From Azolla caroliniana (lineage: Eukaryota > Plantae > Polypodiophyta), in assembly GCA_043228905.1 (NCBI GenBank), contig JBHGNT010000002.1:15004001-15068000 (forward strand): a DNA stretch of 64,000 nt. The letters run 5' to 3'. The notes under the pieces were generated by a model. That model made no database searches. It saw only the letters and a program-made list of their open reading frames with translations, and was not told the origin of the DNA. Position 1 is the stretch's first letter, and each line of letters opens with the position of its first letter. A program made the position numbers and the translations under genes. Shown here one piece after another: positions 52,323 through 64,000 of the stretch.

Positions 52323-53368
52323 CGAAGGTGGTATTGTGCTCCGTAGCTGCGGAGCTATCGTCGTCAGTCGTTGTTTCTGCCGCCGTGGGGACGTCTTTGA
52401 CCAATCCCCGCCCATCTTTCCTGTCCAATCTACGCGGTTTTGGTCTGGGGCTATCCTGCCGTGTTTCGGTGTCGGGCTCTGGGGCTGCTGCCACGGAACG
52501 TGTCGGTTGTTCTTCCTGCATTGTCCGTGTGTCTGGCTGGGCGGGTTGGGGTTACTCTTCCCACTCTGGGGCCGCTAACTCCACTAACCTTCGTTTCGCG
52601 GATCGGGGCGGGGGCGTGGATCGGCTGGGCTGGGAATAGTACCGTAAGGTACTATTGTATGATCGGCCTGAGCTTTTTTCCTGCCTGATACGCATGCAAG
52701 CCTTCCCGTAACGCCGGCCCTATGATGACCCCCCAGTCGACTGCACGTCCTTCAAAGGTATCGATAATGATGCCCGCCTTCTACTTGGGCATCCCATATG
52801 TGTTGACATGTACGCAGCGGACCTCTAACAGGAACTTGGCAACTTCACGGAAGAAGGGATCTGGGATCTGCTTCGTTCTATAGGCCTTGGTGGAGGAGGA
52901 GTATGGCCTAAAATATTGTTGCAGCGCCTCTACAGGAGGGATTTCGAAATGCCTTTCGCCTAGCAATGACAGGTCCAACTTTTTCCGGATGGAAGAGTTG
53001 ATGACCGTGTCTATGTTCAGTTTCCTGGCGATGTCCATGGCATCCGGGTGTGGGGGTGCCTCTGCGACCCGTATGTACCCGTCTAGGCGCTTCTCCACGA
53101 GCCATCGGCGTAAGGCAATAGAGATGAAGATCGGCATTGCTAGAGTAGGTTCGTGGGAAGGAGACTGGTGGTTGCGGTGGGCTGGAGCTCTGTGATAGGA
53201 TGGAGGAGAAGGTGAGGGGGAGGAGCGATGGGAGCGCTGATAGTTAGAAGGTGGGTTTCTGTTTTGTGCAGAAGATCTTCTATTTCCTTCGTTTTGTGGC
53301 TTAGGGTTCATTGGGCGGTGAGCCATCGTGGTGTCGCGTGTTCTTGAACTAGGAGTCTGTGCATGCAT
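52323..53368 (-). pseudogene. N-terminal segment of E's extra 3' ORF
   Basis: 195-aa ORF continuing past a stop (AVDWGVIIG); downstream of integrase, same strand. Confidence 0.65.
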
Positions 53369-53559
53369 TTAGTCCTTTTAATAGTCGCTATCTTCTCTTC
53401 TTTTTGTTTTTTTTTTTTTTTTCCGTAACGGTTATATACAACCTATTTTTATATTATGGTACAAGTGGGGCCGCCCATTTACGTTGCGGGTTCGCCAGCT
53501 TTGTCCTATTTGGCGGTGAATGGGTTAGGTGGCGTAGAGCCCAGGTAAGGTTTAAGGCG

Positions 53560-56500
53560 AAACCCATTCACCTTTTGCCATACTACTTCCCCGGCCAACG
53601 TACCTAGTTGGAATGTGCCTTGTTCCGCTCAAATTATCCAGTATGGGTCGATCCAGCCGAAGCGTAACTTCCCTGGCATATGGCCCATGCGGGTTTGGAA
53701 AACCAGCACCGCCCGACCGACAACGAACTCCTTTTCTCTTGCATTCTGATCTCGATCCACAAACGCTTTACGCCGTCGTTGTTCCTGCTCCAACATAGCC
53801 ATGCTGTGTATGCGTTTTTCCCCGAGTTCAAGTAGCTAGTGGAGCTGTACCTCCTCCGACTTGGCTTCCGATAGTCGGTCCCGTACCTGAATTCGCAAAT
53901 TGGGTACCTGAAATTCGACCGCCATCACAGCCTCCAGCCCAAACACTAGTCAAAACGGTGTTGACTGTATACTTGTTTTGTAGCTGGTTCTGTACGCCCA
54001 TAACGCACTCTGTAATTTGGTATCCCAGTCCGTTCTATTTTCATTGACGATTTTCTTCAAGATGGTCTGCAACGTCTTGTTGGTGGATTCCGCTAACCCA
54101 TTCGCCTATGGATAATATGGCGTACTCTTTTTATGGACTACGGCGTAATGATGTGTTAGTTCCCGAACCACCGTATTGAGAAAGTGACTCCCCTGATCAC
54201 TGATGAGCTCAATCGGACAGTCGAATCGGCACCAGATGTGCTCGCAAAGGAATCTAGCTGTGACGGCCACTGTATTTTCACGTAGTGCCTTTGCTTCTAC
54301 CCACTTGGTGCAATAATCCGTAGCTACCAATATGTATTTATTGCCCGTACGGGCTGCCGCCGGTGTGAAGGGGCCCACAAAATCCAATCCCCACTTTTGG
54401 AAGGGGTCTAGCGGTAATACGTGCTAGTGTGGCATCCTTGCGCCCTCCGCGGGCTAGCCCATCCGTTGACACAAATCACACTTTCTACAATACTCGGATG
54501 CGTCCTTTTGCGTTGTTGGCCACCATAAGCCCGCCTGCCATACTTTCCGGGCTGTAACATCGCCCGCGTAATGGCCACCTGCCATGCCGCAGTGCTCCTC
54601 CTGTAAAACTACTTCCTTCTCATCCTGACGTACCCCATGTCGTCAAATGCCGTCACTTCCTTTGTGATATAAAACTCCTTCTACGAGGCAGAAGTGACAG
54701 CTTCGGACGACCAGTCATTTCTTCTCGTCTGTGCGTAATTGGGGTGGAGGCAGACCTGTAGTCAAAAAGTACGTCATTTCCATAAGCCACCGGTCCGGAA
54801 AGGTCGATTCCGTTCTTTCTGCTAGTGTTGCTACCCGCAGGATGTCGGCGTCCAGAAAATCGTCGTCATCTTTCTGTATTGTTTCTCCATTCTCGAGTCT
54901 TCTCAAAAAATCCACCACTCCATGTTGCGCCCCTGGTCGGTGCTGGATTACGAAATCGAATTCTTGGAGCAGCAACATCCATCGCGCCAATTTCCTCGTC
55001 AAGGTTTGTTTCTCCACCAAATACAACATCGCCGAATGATCCACGTGGAACGTGAATTTCCTCCCTAGTAAATAATGCCGGAATTTATTGATGTTATAGA
55101 TCATCCCTAGCGCCTCCCGCTCCGTTGTGGAATAGTTACGCTCTACTGTTGATACTTTACGACTAACGTAGTACACTGGCCGGTACTAGTTTGGTTCGGT
55201 GAGCTGCATTAGTGCACTTCCTATTGCTATGTTCGAGGCATCGACGAACACGTGGAATGGCTTCGCCCAAACTGGGGGTTGTACGACGGACTCCAGTGTA
55301 CGGGAGCATTATCTTAATTGCCTCATAGTCCATTGGAAAGGAGTCCGGTGTACGGGAGCATGTAATGGCGTGGCGAAGTTCGCCAAATATCGTATCATCC
55401 GATTGTGCCACCGTATTTTTCCTAAAAACCGGCTGAGCGATTTAGCGTTTGTCGGAGTTTTGGCTTGTGTAATCACGAAGATCTTGTTCGGATCGACCGC
55501 TATTCCCTCCTTGCTGACTATATGGCCCAGGAGAGTCCCGCTGGTCATGCCGAAAGCACATTTCGCGGGATTCAGGCTTAAGCGTGCGGTGCGGCAACGT
55601 TCCAAGCAAAGTTGTAAGTGCGTAAAATGGTCTATTGTTCTCCCATATACCGCAAAGTCGTCTAAAAAAACTTGCATGAACGCCGGAATGTATTCCCCAA
55701 AGATCTGCGTAATTGTCCATTGAAATGTTGCAGGCACCGTCTTTAGTCCGAACATCATGACGACTGCCACATAGACTCCCTAGTCCGTGACAAATGCCGT
55801 CTTTTCTTGGTCTTCGGGATGCATGCATACCTGGTTATACCCATTGAAGCCATCTAAAAAATTGTACACCTCATGTCCTGCGACGACGTCTAGTACGCTA
55901 TCAGTGAAGGGTAAAGGAAATGCGTCCGTAATGGTTAGGGCGTTTAATTTTCGGTAATCTACGCATACCCGTATTTTGCCGTTTTTCTTTGGAACGACCA
56001 CTATCGGGCTTAACCATGTCGCTTGTTTAACTGGCCATATGAACCCCGCCTTCAAGAGCTTGTCAATTTCTTCTTTCACGCAGGTCGCGTAGTTTGGGTT
56101 CATGCGGTAGCGGCGCTGCTGGACGGGTTTTGCGTCTGTTGCTAAATTGATCTTATGCTGATAGAACTTGGCATCTAACCCCTTCATGTCCTCGTGAGCC
56201 CAAGCGAACACATCTTTATATTTCGTGAGTAGTGCGATCATCGTATTTCTCTGGTCCGGCCTTAATTCCTTTGCGATGGAGAGGAAGCGGGGTTCTGACT
56301 CCATACCCACATTTACTTCTTCCAGGGCGGAAGCGGTGACTCGTCGTGAAATCTCCATTTCCCTTTCGAATGCCTCCCGTGCTCTACTGAGTTCCACTAT
56401 GGACTCTGGGTTTCGTTCATAAGCCTCGTCGTGGAGAATAGTGGCCATGGCATATGTTGCCGCGGTTGCGATGACATTGATTTCGAACAGCGGAATGATC

Positions 56501-58820
56501 CGTGGGTGCTCATCTAGATATGCCTCTAATTCTACATCCTCCACCCCAGCCAACATATTTATATCTTCTGCATATAATGGTGTTATACCCTTGGGTTGTG
56601 GCGTGCTTCCTTCTGTAGGTACGCGAAACCTTGGTGCGTCCATGTCGGAAACTGATACACTTATGTTGCCAGCTCTACTTGATATTTGTTGCCCGAAGCC
56701 ATGGTTTTCCCAGAAGCACTGGGTACGCCCCTGGGGCGTCCAAGGCGAGGACGACCGTCGAGATGTCGAAGCGATGTCCGCCCACGATAATGCCTATTTT
56801 GCGAATTAACCCCAATGGTCGTACTGAGCGGGTATCTGGCATTCGGAGCCAGAATGGGCAAGCCTCCCATTTTGAAATGCGTAACTGCTCGCAAGTTTTT
56901 GCACTAATTACATTGACGCTTGAGCCACCATCAATTACGCATCCAGGAATTTCCTGTCCGTGTAATATTAATGTAATAGTCGGGTTGTGCTGATCCACTA
57001 CCGGCGGTCCGTCGCTAACGTCTGTAAGGTTTGTAGCGACGCTCACCCTGGGTATGCCTGTCACCCATTCTTCCATGGTCTGGCGGAAGCGTGGGACTAG
57101 CTGCAATAGTTTCTCCATGGTTAATGTTATCTCGCAGCCCGCTAATGCCTGTCAAATCGGGTCTGGGACCTGTCCTTCGTCCTCTACTCGCTCCCTCGCG
57201 TTCGCGGAGTCCTTCCGCATGCACTCTATATTGGTCGCATTTTCTTTTTCCACCCATGCTTGGGCTTGTCGTCGTATCTCGTCTTGCGCAGCCCAATTAG
57301 CCATTTTTGTTTGCTGGCATGTCGTGACGTGTTGCACTTCCGCCGTAATCGTATTGATGGCGGGCCCCTTTCCCTTGCATGCTGGGCATTGTGTGGGATA
57401 ATGTCCGAGCTACTAACAAATAAAACAATGTATGCTTGATTCACCCTTCTCGGCTCCTGGTGGTGTGTGCCGCTCCCCTGGTGCTACTTGCTCCTCGCGG
57501 TCCGGCCTTGTTTGTTGGAACGCACGCGGTGGTTGCTGTTGGTCCCGTCGTTGTTCCTAGTGTCCCTCATCTCCCGATCTTTCGTCGTAACGCTGGTGAT
57601 CTCGATATTGACGCGGCTTACCACGATAACCATTGAAGCTGTCCCGTTTGTTTGTTGGCCGGTGATTCTCGTAGCGCCGGCCCCCTTTAGCATAACTCGG
57701 ATATCCACGATAATCCTCGTCCTCAGAGTCATTGTGATTTCGGCGATTCCAGTGGTGCCGGTCATCCGTGGGTTGCGATCCACATACCGTGGTCGGTTTT
57801 CTTGCCTCCTTTGTTCAATCTAGCAAGGTGGACGCTGGGTGTCCATGCTGCAGACTGCGGGAGTGGCTCTGTTCAGCATATTGTATTCGCATTGTTCGAC
57901 TGTGTGAGCCTTCGAGTGGCAGATTGGGCAGTGGATTCTCATATTGCACTCCACTGCGGAATGCCCCGAGTTCAAGCAAATCGTGCACTGGATTGCTTTA
58001 CGAAACTAGCATTCCTCGTCCTGGGGTAATACTTGTCGTAAGGAGGACATAGAAAACCTTTCCTCCTCCTCGTCCAACTCGAGCTGTAATGCTCGTTCAA
58101 TGACCATATCCGCCGTTTCCCCTTTCACGCTATTGTTGTTGAGCGTTGCCCGGATGGGTCGGTGTAATGCTGCCAGAAATGTTTCTCAAGCCTCGTCCTC
58201 CGCAGGGCTCCGTTCTAGTTTCCACCGTAGATTTTGGAAACGTAAGCTGAAATCTGCGATCGTCTCAGTCGGCAGTTGCTTAAACGTGAAGAATTGTCCG
58301 AGGATTTCGCATTGTAGAACCCTCTGATGGAAGAACCGCAAGAAAGTGAACTGCAGCTGATCGAAGGTTGTGATTGCTGGTAAATCCATCTGTGAATGCC
58401 AAAACGCCGCTTGCGCATCCAATGTTAACCCGAACTCCATCATTTTTGACTGGTGCGCTACCGCCTCCGAAAGGCTCTGCGCCATGTGGTTCTCATTCCA
58501 GACATTAAGGAACATGCGAATATGGGTTGCGGCGTCAGTTGCGGCGTTAAAGCGGGGGTAGGCAAAGGCCATGCTGGGGGCTACGGCGGGTCGAGAAAGA
58601 CTAAAGGGTGGCGGTGGTGAGCGTACTCCCTCCGTCTCGCCGAGTATTTGGAGAGCGAACACTCACCTTTGTAATCACTGCAGGCAGTACTGAGGTCGCT
58701 GAGGTGAGGCTTATGCCGTGCGCATTCTTCTGCCTAGTGTGACGGACCTTGTGATTGGCCAGTCTTGTCGTATTGGTTCTCTGGGGCGTCTGTAGCAAAA
58801 CATCCATTCGTCGTTGCTCG
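53560..58820 (-). pseudogene. gag-PR-RT-RH-INT of E
   Basis: VIDGGSSVN, VCVDYRKLN, FLDGFNGYNQ, NYSTTEREALG, DFVGPF, ISDQGSHF. Confidence 0.93.
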
Positions 58821-58839
58821 TCTGTGAGAAGACACATAT

Positions 58840-58853
58840 CACCAAGCGTGCCA
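58840..58853 (-). promoter_or_regulatory. PBS of E (tRNA-Arg-like, TGGCACGCTTGGTG)
   Basis: 4 nt inside the 5' LTR. Confidence 0.7.
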
Positions 58854-59294
58854 AAAGTGTTACCGATTAGGAACGCGGTCTGCGGTCAGTCCTTCGACCT
58901 AGACCTGCAAGTGGTTGTGGAACAACGAATAGGCATCTATGCATAATGCATAGGGGAATGTTCCCTGTAACCTATCAGCATATAGGGGAGACGGCTACAA
59001 CCGACTCCTTAGCAATGGTTACACTTACGTTCTTACACGCTCTGGTATTCCAGACATTCAGTAGATTAGTCGTAGCTATACATAGACTTTCAGAGAAGAT
59101 AGAATTCTATTATGATACGTTCCTTTACATTCCAAAATTACACGCTCCCTCTATCAGAGGTTTTCTGCCCTTTATATACGCAGGGTCTATTTAGCCGTTC
59201 ACGCTTCCTACGTGAACCATTACATACGTTATGATCTTATATTATTTCTTATTCCTACGCTCTTGTCCGTCGGTTACTATTCCGGCGGACAATA

Positions 59295-62200
59295 GATACG
59301 AAGTCAAGATGGGACAAGCTCGGTTCAATTCCTCACGGTACGACCGAACCATGACTGAAATAAGCATAACTTAGGGAGGATTTTTACTTCGGGCTATTAG
59401 GGAGAGGGAAAACAATAGTCTGGGACATCTAACTATGTTCCCAATTCAGTGTAATAAAAGTTGTCACCCCATTAATGAAAATGAAGTCTTGTTTTCTGAA
59501 AATGGGATGTGTAAATTTAACAACATAAATAGAGGAGATATTAAAATAGGAATCCTAGAGGAACAACTTAGAGAAATCAGGATTATGAGCGAGGAAGAGG
59601 CAATAAATGGGTACACTCTTGGGGAAATGGAGAAAGTCATCAAATCGAAACTGCAATTGAGCAAAATGATTCCAATCAACTCTGTCGCCTTATACACCGC
59701 CATCGACGAATATGAACAAGGTGTCGCGATGGATGAAGTCCAAGTTGATACCAAATACAAGATTGTGGATAAGAAAGTCAAACTTGTGGATGCTCCCTTT
59801 CCTGAAGATAGTTGGCAACGAATAAAGGAGGTAGCACGAGATCCGTGCCTTAAAGACCCGAAAGGAGTAGGGCATGTCTTCACCAACAAAACTCGACGAA
59901 AGCTCAAAGTTGGTGGGGGTGAGTTTTTGCTTCCCAAAGAAGAGTCCAAGTTCCGGGAAATGTTGGAGCAACACGGGAAAGCATTTTCCTTTTCCCCATA
60001 AAAATCGGATGTGTTGACCCAACGCTTGTGGAACCAATGGTTATCTTTACAATACCCCATGTGCCATGGAACTTGAAGCCAATTCTCGTTCCAAGGGCTC
60101 ACATTCCAAGATTGTTGGAGCTGTTAAAAGAAAAGATTAGAATGGGAATCCTTGAGCCATCGAATGCGCCTTATTCAAATAGGTGATTCACAGTGCCGAA
60201 AAAGAATGGAGCGCTTCGATTTATACAAGATTTGCAACCGGTAAACAAGGTCACCATTCGTAATGTTGATATTGAACCTAGTGTTGATGAGTTTGCTGAA
60301 GCTTTTGTAAGAAGGTCGATTTACTCGATTGGAGACTTGTATTCTGGATACAACCAATTTCAATTGTCTTTAGATAGGCGAGACATCACAACGATGTGGA
60401 CCCCCATTGGACTAGTAAGGATGTGTACATTACCGCAAGGGGCAACTAACTCGGTGGCCCACATGATGAATGCCATGAACAAAGTACTAAGAAACTGCGT
60501 GCTAGATATTACGATGCCTTTCCTCCATGATATCCCTATAAAGGGGTGCCCTGAATCAAAGAAGGATGAGTCTTTAGATCAAGATGGATGTTGAAGATTT
60601 GTCTCAAACCATATTAAAGACTGTGGAAGAGTGCTAGAAAGACTAGAAGGTGCAAGGGTCACATTCTCCGGAGAAAAAACAGCATTTGGCCAACGCGAGA
60701 TCCTAGTAGTGGGACATCTTTGTGCACCATATGGGCGAAAACCCTCTCACGAGAAGGTGAATGCTATTCAAGAGATGCGAGAGGAATGTGGAACGCAGAC
60801 TGAGGTCCGAAGATTCTTAGGAGCATGTGCGTTCTACCACATTTGGATTCCGCACTATGCTCATGTGGCGAACCCTTGTATAGCTTACTGAAAAAAGGGA
60901 GAAAATTCAAATGGGAACCGATACACACAAAGGCGATGAAGAGGTTAAAAGGGCTACTAGTGGCAGCACTAGCTTTAAGGAAAGTCGTCTACAAAGAAGG
61001 GATGCCCATCTATGTCACGGTAGATACGAGTCCAACGGGAATTGGATGGGTCATCAACCAAGATGGAGAAGATAGCTTACGGTACGCCATCCGGTTCGGA
61101 GCAAAGGTTCTTGGCGAATGACAACGAGGATATGCCCAAGGAAAGCGGGAACTCTGGGGTATCGTGTCTACAGTAAAAGTAGACAAGGATTACATGATGG
61201 GGTCAGAGATGGTAATTGAAATGGATTGCCTCCCAATCCTTGGGATGATCTCCGGATGTGCGACACCAGATCTAGCTATGTTAAGGTGGATCTCTTATAT
61301 CAAGTCTTTGAACCCGGAGATTCGCCACATTACTGGGAAGAGCAATGCCATGGCTGACATGTTTTCAAGAGCAATATTCAAGGATGAAAGTGACATGGTT
61401 TCAGAAGATGAAAACGTCACCCTCGACTTCTTCAAAGCAGCCCAACTATCGGCAAAGGACAGAGGCACACCAACCCTCCACGCTTTCAACAAGAATGAGT
61501 ATGAAGAGGAGTGGTTACTAATGGCATATTCATGAGAACGATGATGGCAGATGCTTCATGGACGAAGGAGGAGGCTCTACAAATACAAAAGAAAGCTTAC
61601 CAGTACTTTCTGAAGGGAGGATTCCTCTAGCGGCATCCAAAGAGAAGGGCAGGGATGCCACTACGAGTAGTGGTGAAGAAAGATGAACAAACAACGTTGA
61701 TGTCTAAATTCCACGAAAGTCCATGGGCAGGTCATAGAGGAACGTGGGCAACGTTGGAAAAGCTAATGGAAAAGTACTACTGGTCAAGCATGTATAAAGA
61801 TGTACTACATTTCGTATCCACATGCAAAAGTTTTCAAGTACATTCGAACGTATGTCACCATGATTGGTTGCGATCAACATACCCACTCACCATACACTTA
61901 AAATGGATGGTGGATCTGGTCTTGATGCTAATGGGAGTGCGATAGATGAAGTACTTGGTACTAGCGAGGGAAGACCTGACAAACCAGGTAGAAGGATGAG
62001 CCTGAGCAAATAAGACGACAATAGTCGTATGCAAATTTCTACTCGAAGAAGTCGTCTGCCGATACGGATGTGTGGGAAATATAGTATCCGACTGAGGGGA
62101 CCTAGATGCACACGAAGCAATGGAGCTCTTCGAGCGACTAGGTGTAAACCTCTCCCTCACAACTGCCTATAATTCGGAAGCAAATGGGAAGATCGAGCGA

Positions 62201-63691
62201 GGGCATGGGCTGATAGTCAAAGACATCATACAAGCATGCGATGGTTGAGTTGGGAATTGGTCGTGATTATTGCCCTATGCATTGTGGGCCGATAGAACTA
62301 CGCACAGTTCGGTCACATGCTATATGCTAGTAGAGATCATGTATGGACAGAAACTAGTAACGCCCATCGAGAGGACGATCGCCTCATGGGTAGCAATACC
62401 ATGGGAGAATGAGATGAGCCGGGAAGAATTATTGGCGGCACGAATAAGGCAACTCGAAAGAAGACCTGAAGACCTAGAGAACGCGCGAAAGATAATGGAG
62501 ACAACCTGCGTGAAGAATAAGATTTGGTTTGATAAGACACACCGATTGCATCCCAAGAACATCGATGAAGGAGATTGGGTATTGATCTACGACAACAACC
62601 TGGACAACCAACACAGGATGACAAGGAAGTTCGCAAGAAGGTGGTTCGGACCGTATGTGGTGATGGTGCCAACGACAACGCCACCTACCACCTCGCGGAG
62701 CTAGACGGATCAAGGCTGGCCATACCCATTGCTAGGAAAAGAGTAAAGATATTGAAGAAAAGACAAGATGAGGGTCCTAACCTAGATGAATTCAACAATG
62801 AAGATGGTACGACGGGACCCACAAATGTGAGAGAGGTTGATGAGGACATGGAGGAAATTGATCGATCACCGTAGCCGAAATCTCACACTCAGTTCTTAGC
62901 ACGTACCGGAGGACGTGCAGTTTGGTGGAGGTGGATGTCATGAAGATTTTCGGCAACAGTGTGAAAATTGCGTGGAACAAGGGAAATCGAGAAGGTGCAA
63001 TGTGCACACGTATGAAAGGAGTGATGGTTAGACGCGTATGTTAACACATTAATGTGCGCGTGTTATGTGTGTTTAGGTTTTCATTACACAAATATATAAA
63101 ATAAACCTAAACGCATACAATGAGGTGCAAGTAAGGGTTTGAACCTTACATAGGAGGCAATTGACATACCATTAGACTAGGTTATTTCCTTTAAAACTTA
63201 TTTTCTGCATTGTACTTTTCACAGGAACTGCTGGTACATGAGGGCTTGGATGAGGTACATGGTCATCATGCATCGCATGTGATGCATGAGTGCCAAATGG
63301 AAATCATGCATTTCATGCATTGTATGCATGTACTACACCCTCACATGCACATATGCAAGGGGGCATCTATATAAGAAGGAGAGGAAGGGAAAAGAAATCA
63401 AGTAATGTAAGCAATCAATAATAATTAATAAATCCTAGTTATCTCAGTGGCAATATGTCTTGTATCTCAACTTTGAATTCAAAAGTTCAAACTAGGAATT
63501 CGTCTGGTCCGTATTAATCTATCAATATATCTTTAATACTTCTCGCATGCGCTATTCCTTCCACCGTTTCATTGTCTTGAACGATCCTTCCGATCCTCCA
63601 TCACCACTTGCGGATAGACGCTTGTGCTTGTCTGCACATGTGTAACACGCACATCTCGACGTTTGGCACATGCGTCACGTGCTTCACGACA
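59295..63691 (+). mobile_element. Gypsy element G (B/F lineage): decayed RT-RH-INT, PPT and 3' LTR 62936-63691
   Basis: FIQDLQPVN, LPQGATNS, HESPWAGH, RWFGPY; LTR ends tgtcatgaag...cttcacgaca. Confidence 0.9.
63128..63184 (-). other. tRNA-like cassette in the G LTR
   Basis: TAGTCTAATGG A box; TAAGG-TTCAAAC-CCTTA T arm. Confidence 0.65.
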
Positions 63692-63715
63692 TCTTTGTGG
63701 TGCAGTATGATGAAG

Positions 63716-64000
63716 TGTTAGGATCTTGGTCCCTCCGGATGGGATATGCAGGCCCGGCATCGGAAGACCCGGTGAGAACCGAATATTGCAGGCCCAGTGA
63801 GAAACTCTCACCGGATGAAGGGACATATATGTAGATATGTTTCTGAGAGCCCATTCGGGCTATATCTGTAAATAGTTCTAATGTCATATTAGTATAATGT
63901 GACCTAGGGCAAACAGTGTTTATACTCTTGCTGTTATTATCTTCGTATAGTGTAATTTGGTGTAACGACTGTACAGAGAGAGAGAGAGAGAGAGAGCGAT
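63716..64000 (+). repeat. Start of a Copia LTR related to C/J
   Basis: tgtt...gtccctccggatggg, tttctgagagccc and tagggcaaac match the reverse complement of the J LTR. Confidence 0.8.

Larger units (their letters stand above)
24885..59294 (-). mobile_element. Gypsy element E (Athila/Tat-like), inflated by nested insertions; LTRs 24885-25321 and 58858-59294
   Basis: 437-bp direct repeats (about 30 differences by eye); TSD GATAC at 24880-24884 and 59295-59299; Arg-like PBS next to the 5' LTR. Confidence 0.92.

Overview
Transposon-dense land-plant genomic DNA. A bryophyte such as a moss is inferred from Tcn1-like and tRNA-Trp-primed Gypsy elements. The only clear host gene is an intronless, secreted dirigent-fold protein (8802-9353). 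The rest is mostly decayed, nested LTR retrotransposons plus a degenerate Sola2-like DNA transposon. TSDs resolve a 34.4-kb nest. Gypsy G (+) was interrupted by Athila/Tat-like Gypsy E (24885-59294, TSD GATAC). E's extra 3' ORF then received Gypsy B, Gypsy F and Copia J. B in turn received Copia C and non-autonomous element D, and J received solo LTR K. Three signals stand out. (1) Two unrelated-LTR families (E and D) have no polypurine tract; in its place is a conserved GGCACTSTCCCACRGGYGTGCCA motif resembling a tRNA-Arg 3' end, i.e. a second, inverted PBS. (2) Three Gypsy LTR families carry a divergently oriented tRNA-like A-box/B-box cassette upstream of a CATGCA cluster and the TATA box. 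(3) A U3 module is shared between Gypsy and Copia LTRs. All coordinates were read by eye, and tRNA and lineage assignments rest on recalled sequences, not database searches.
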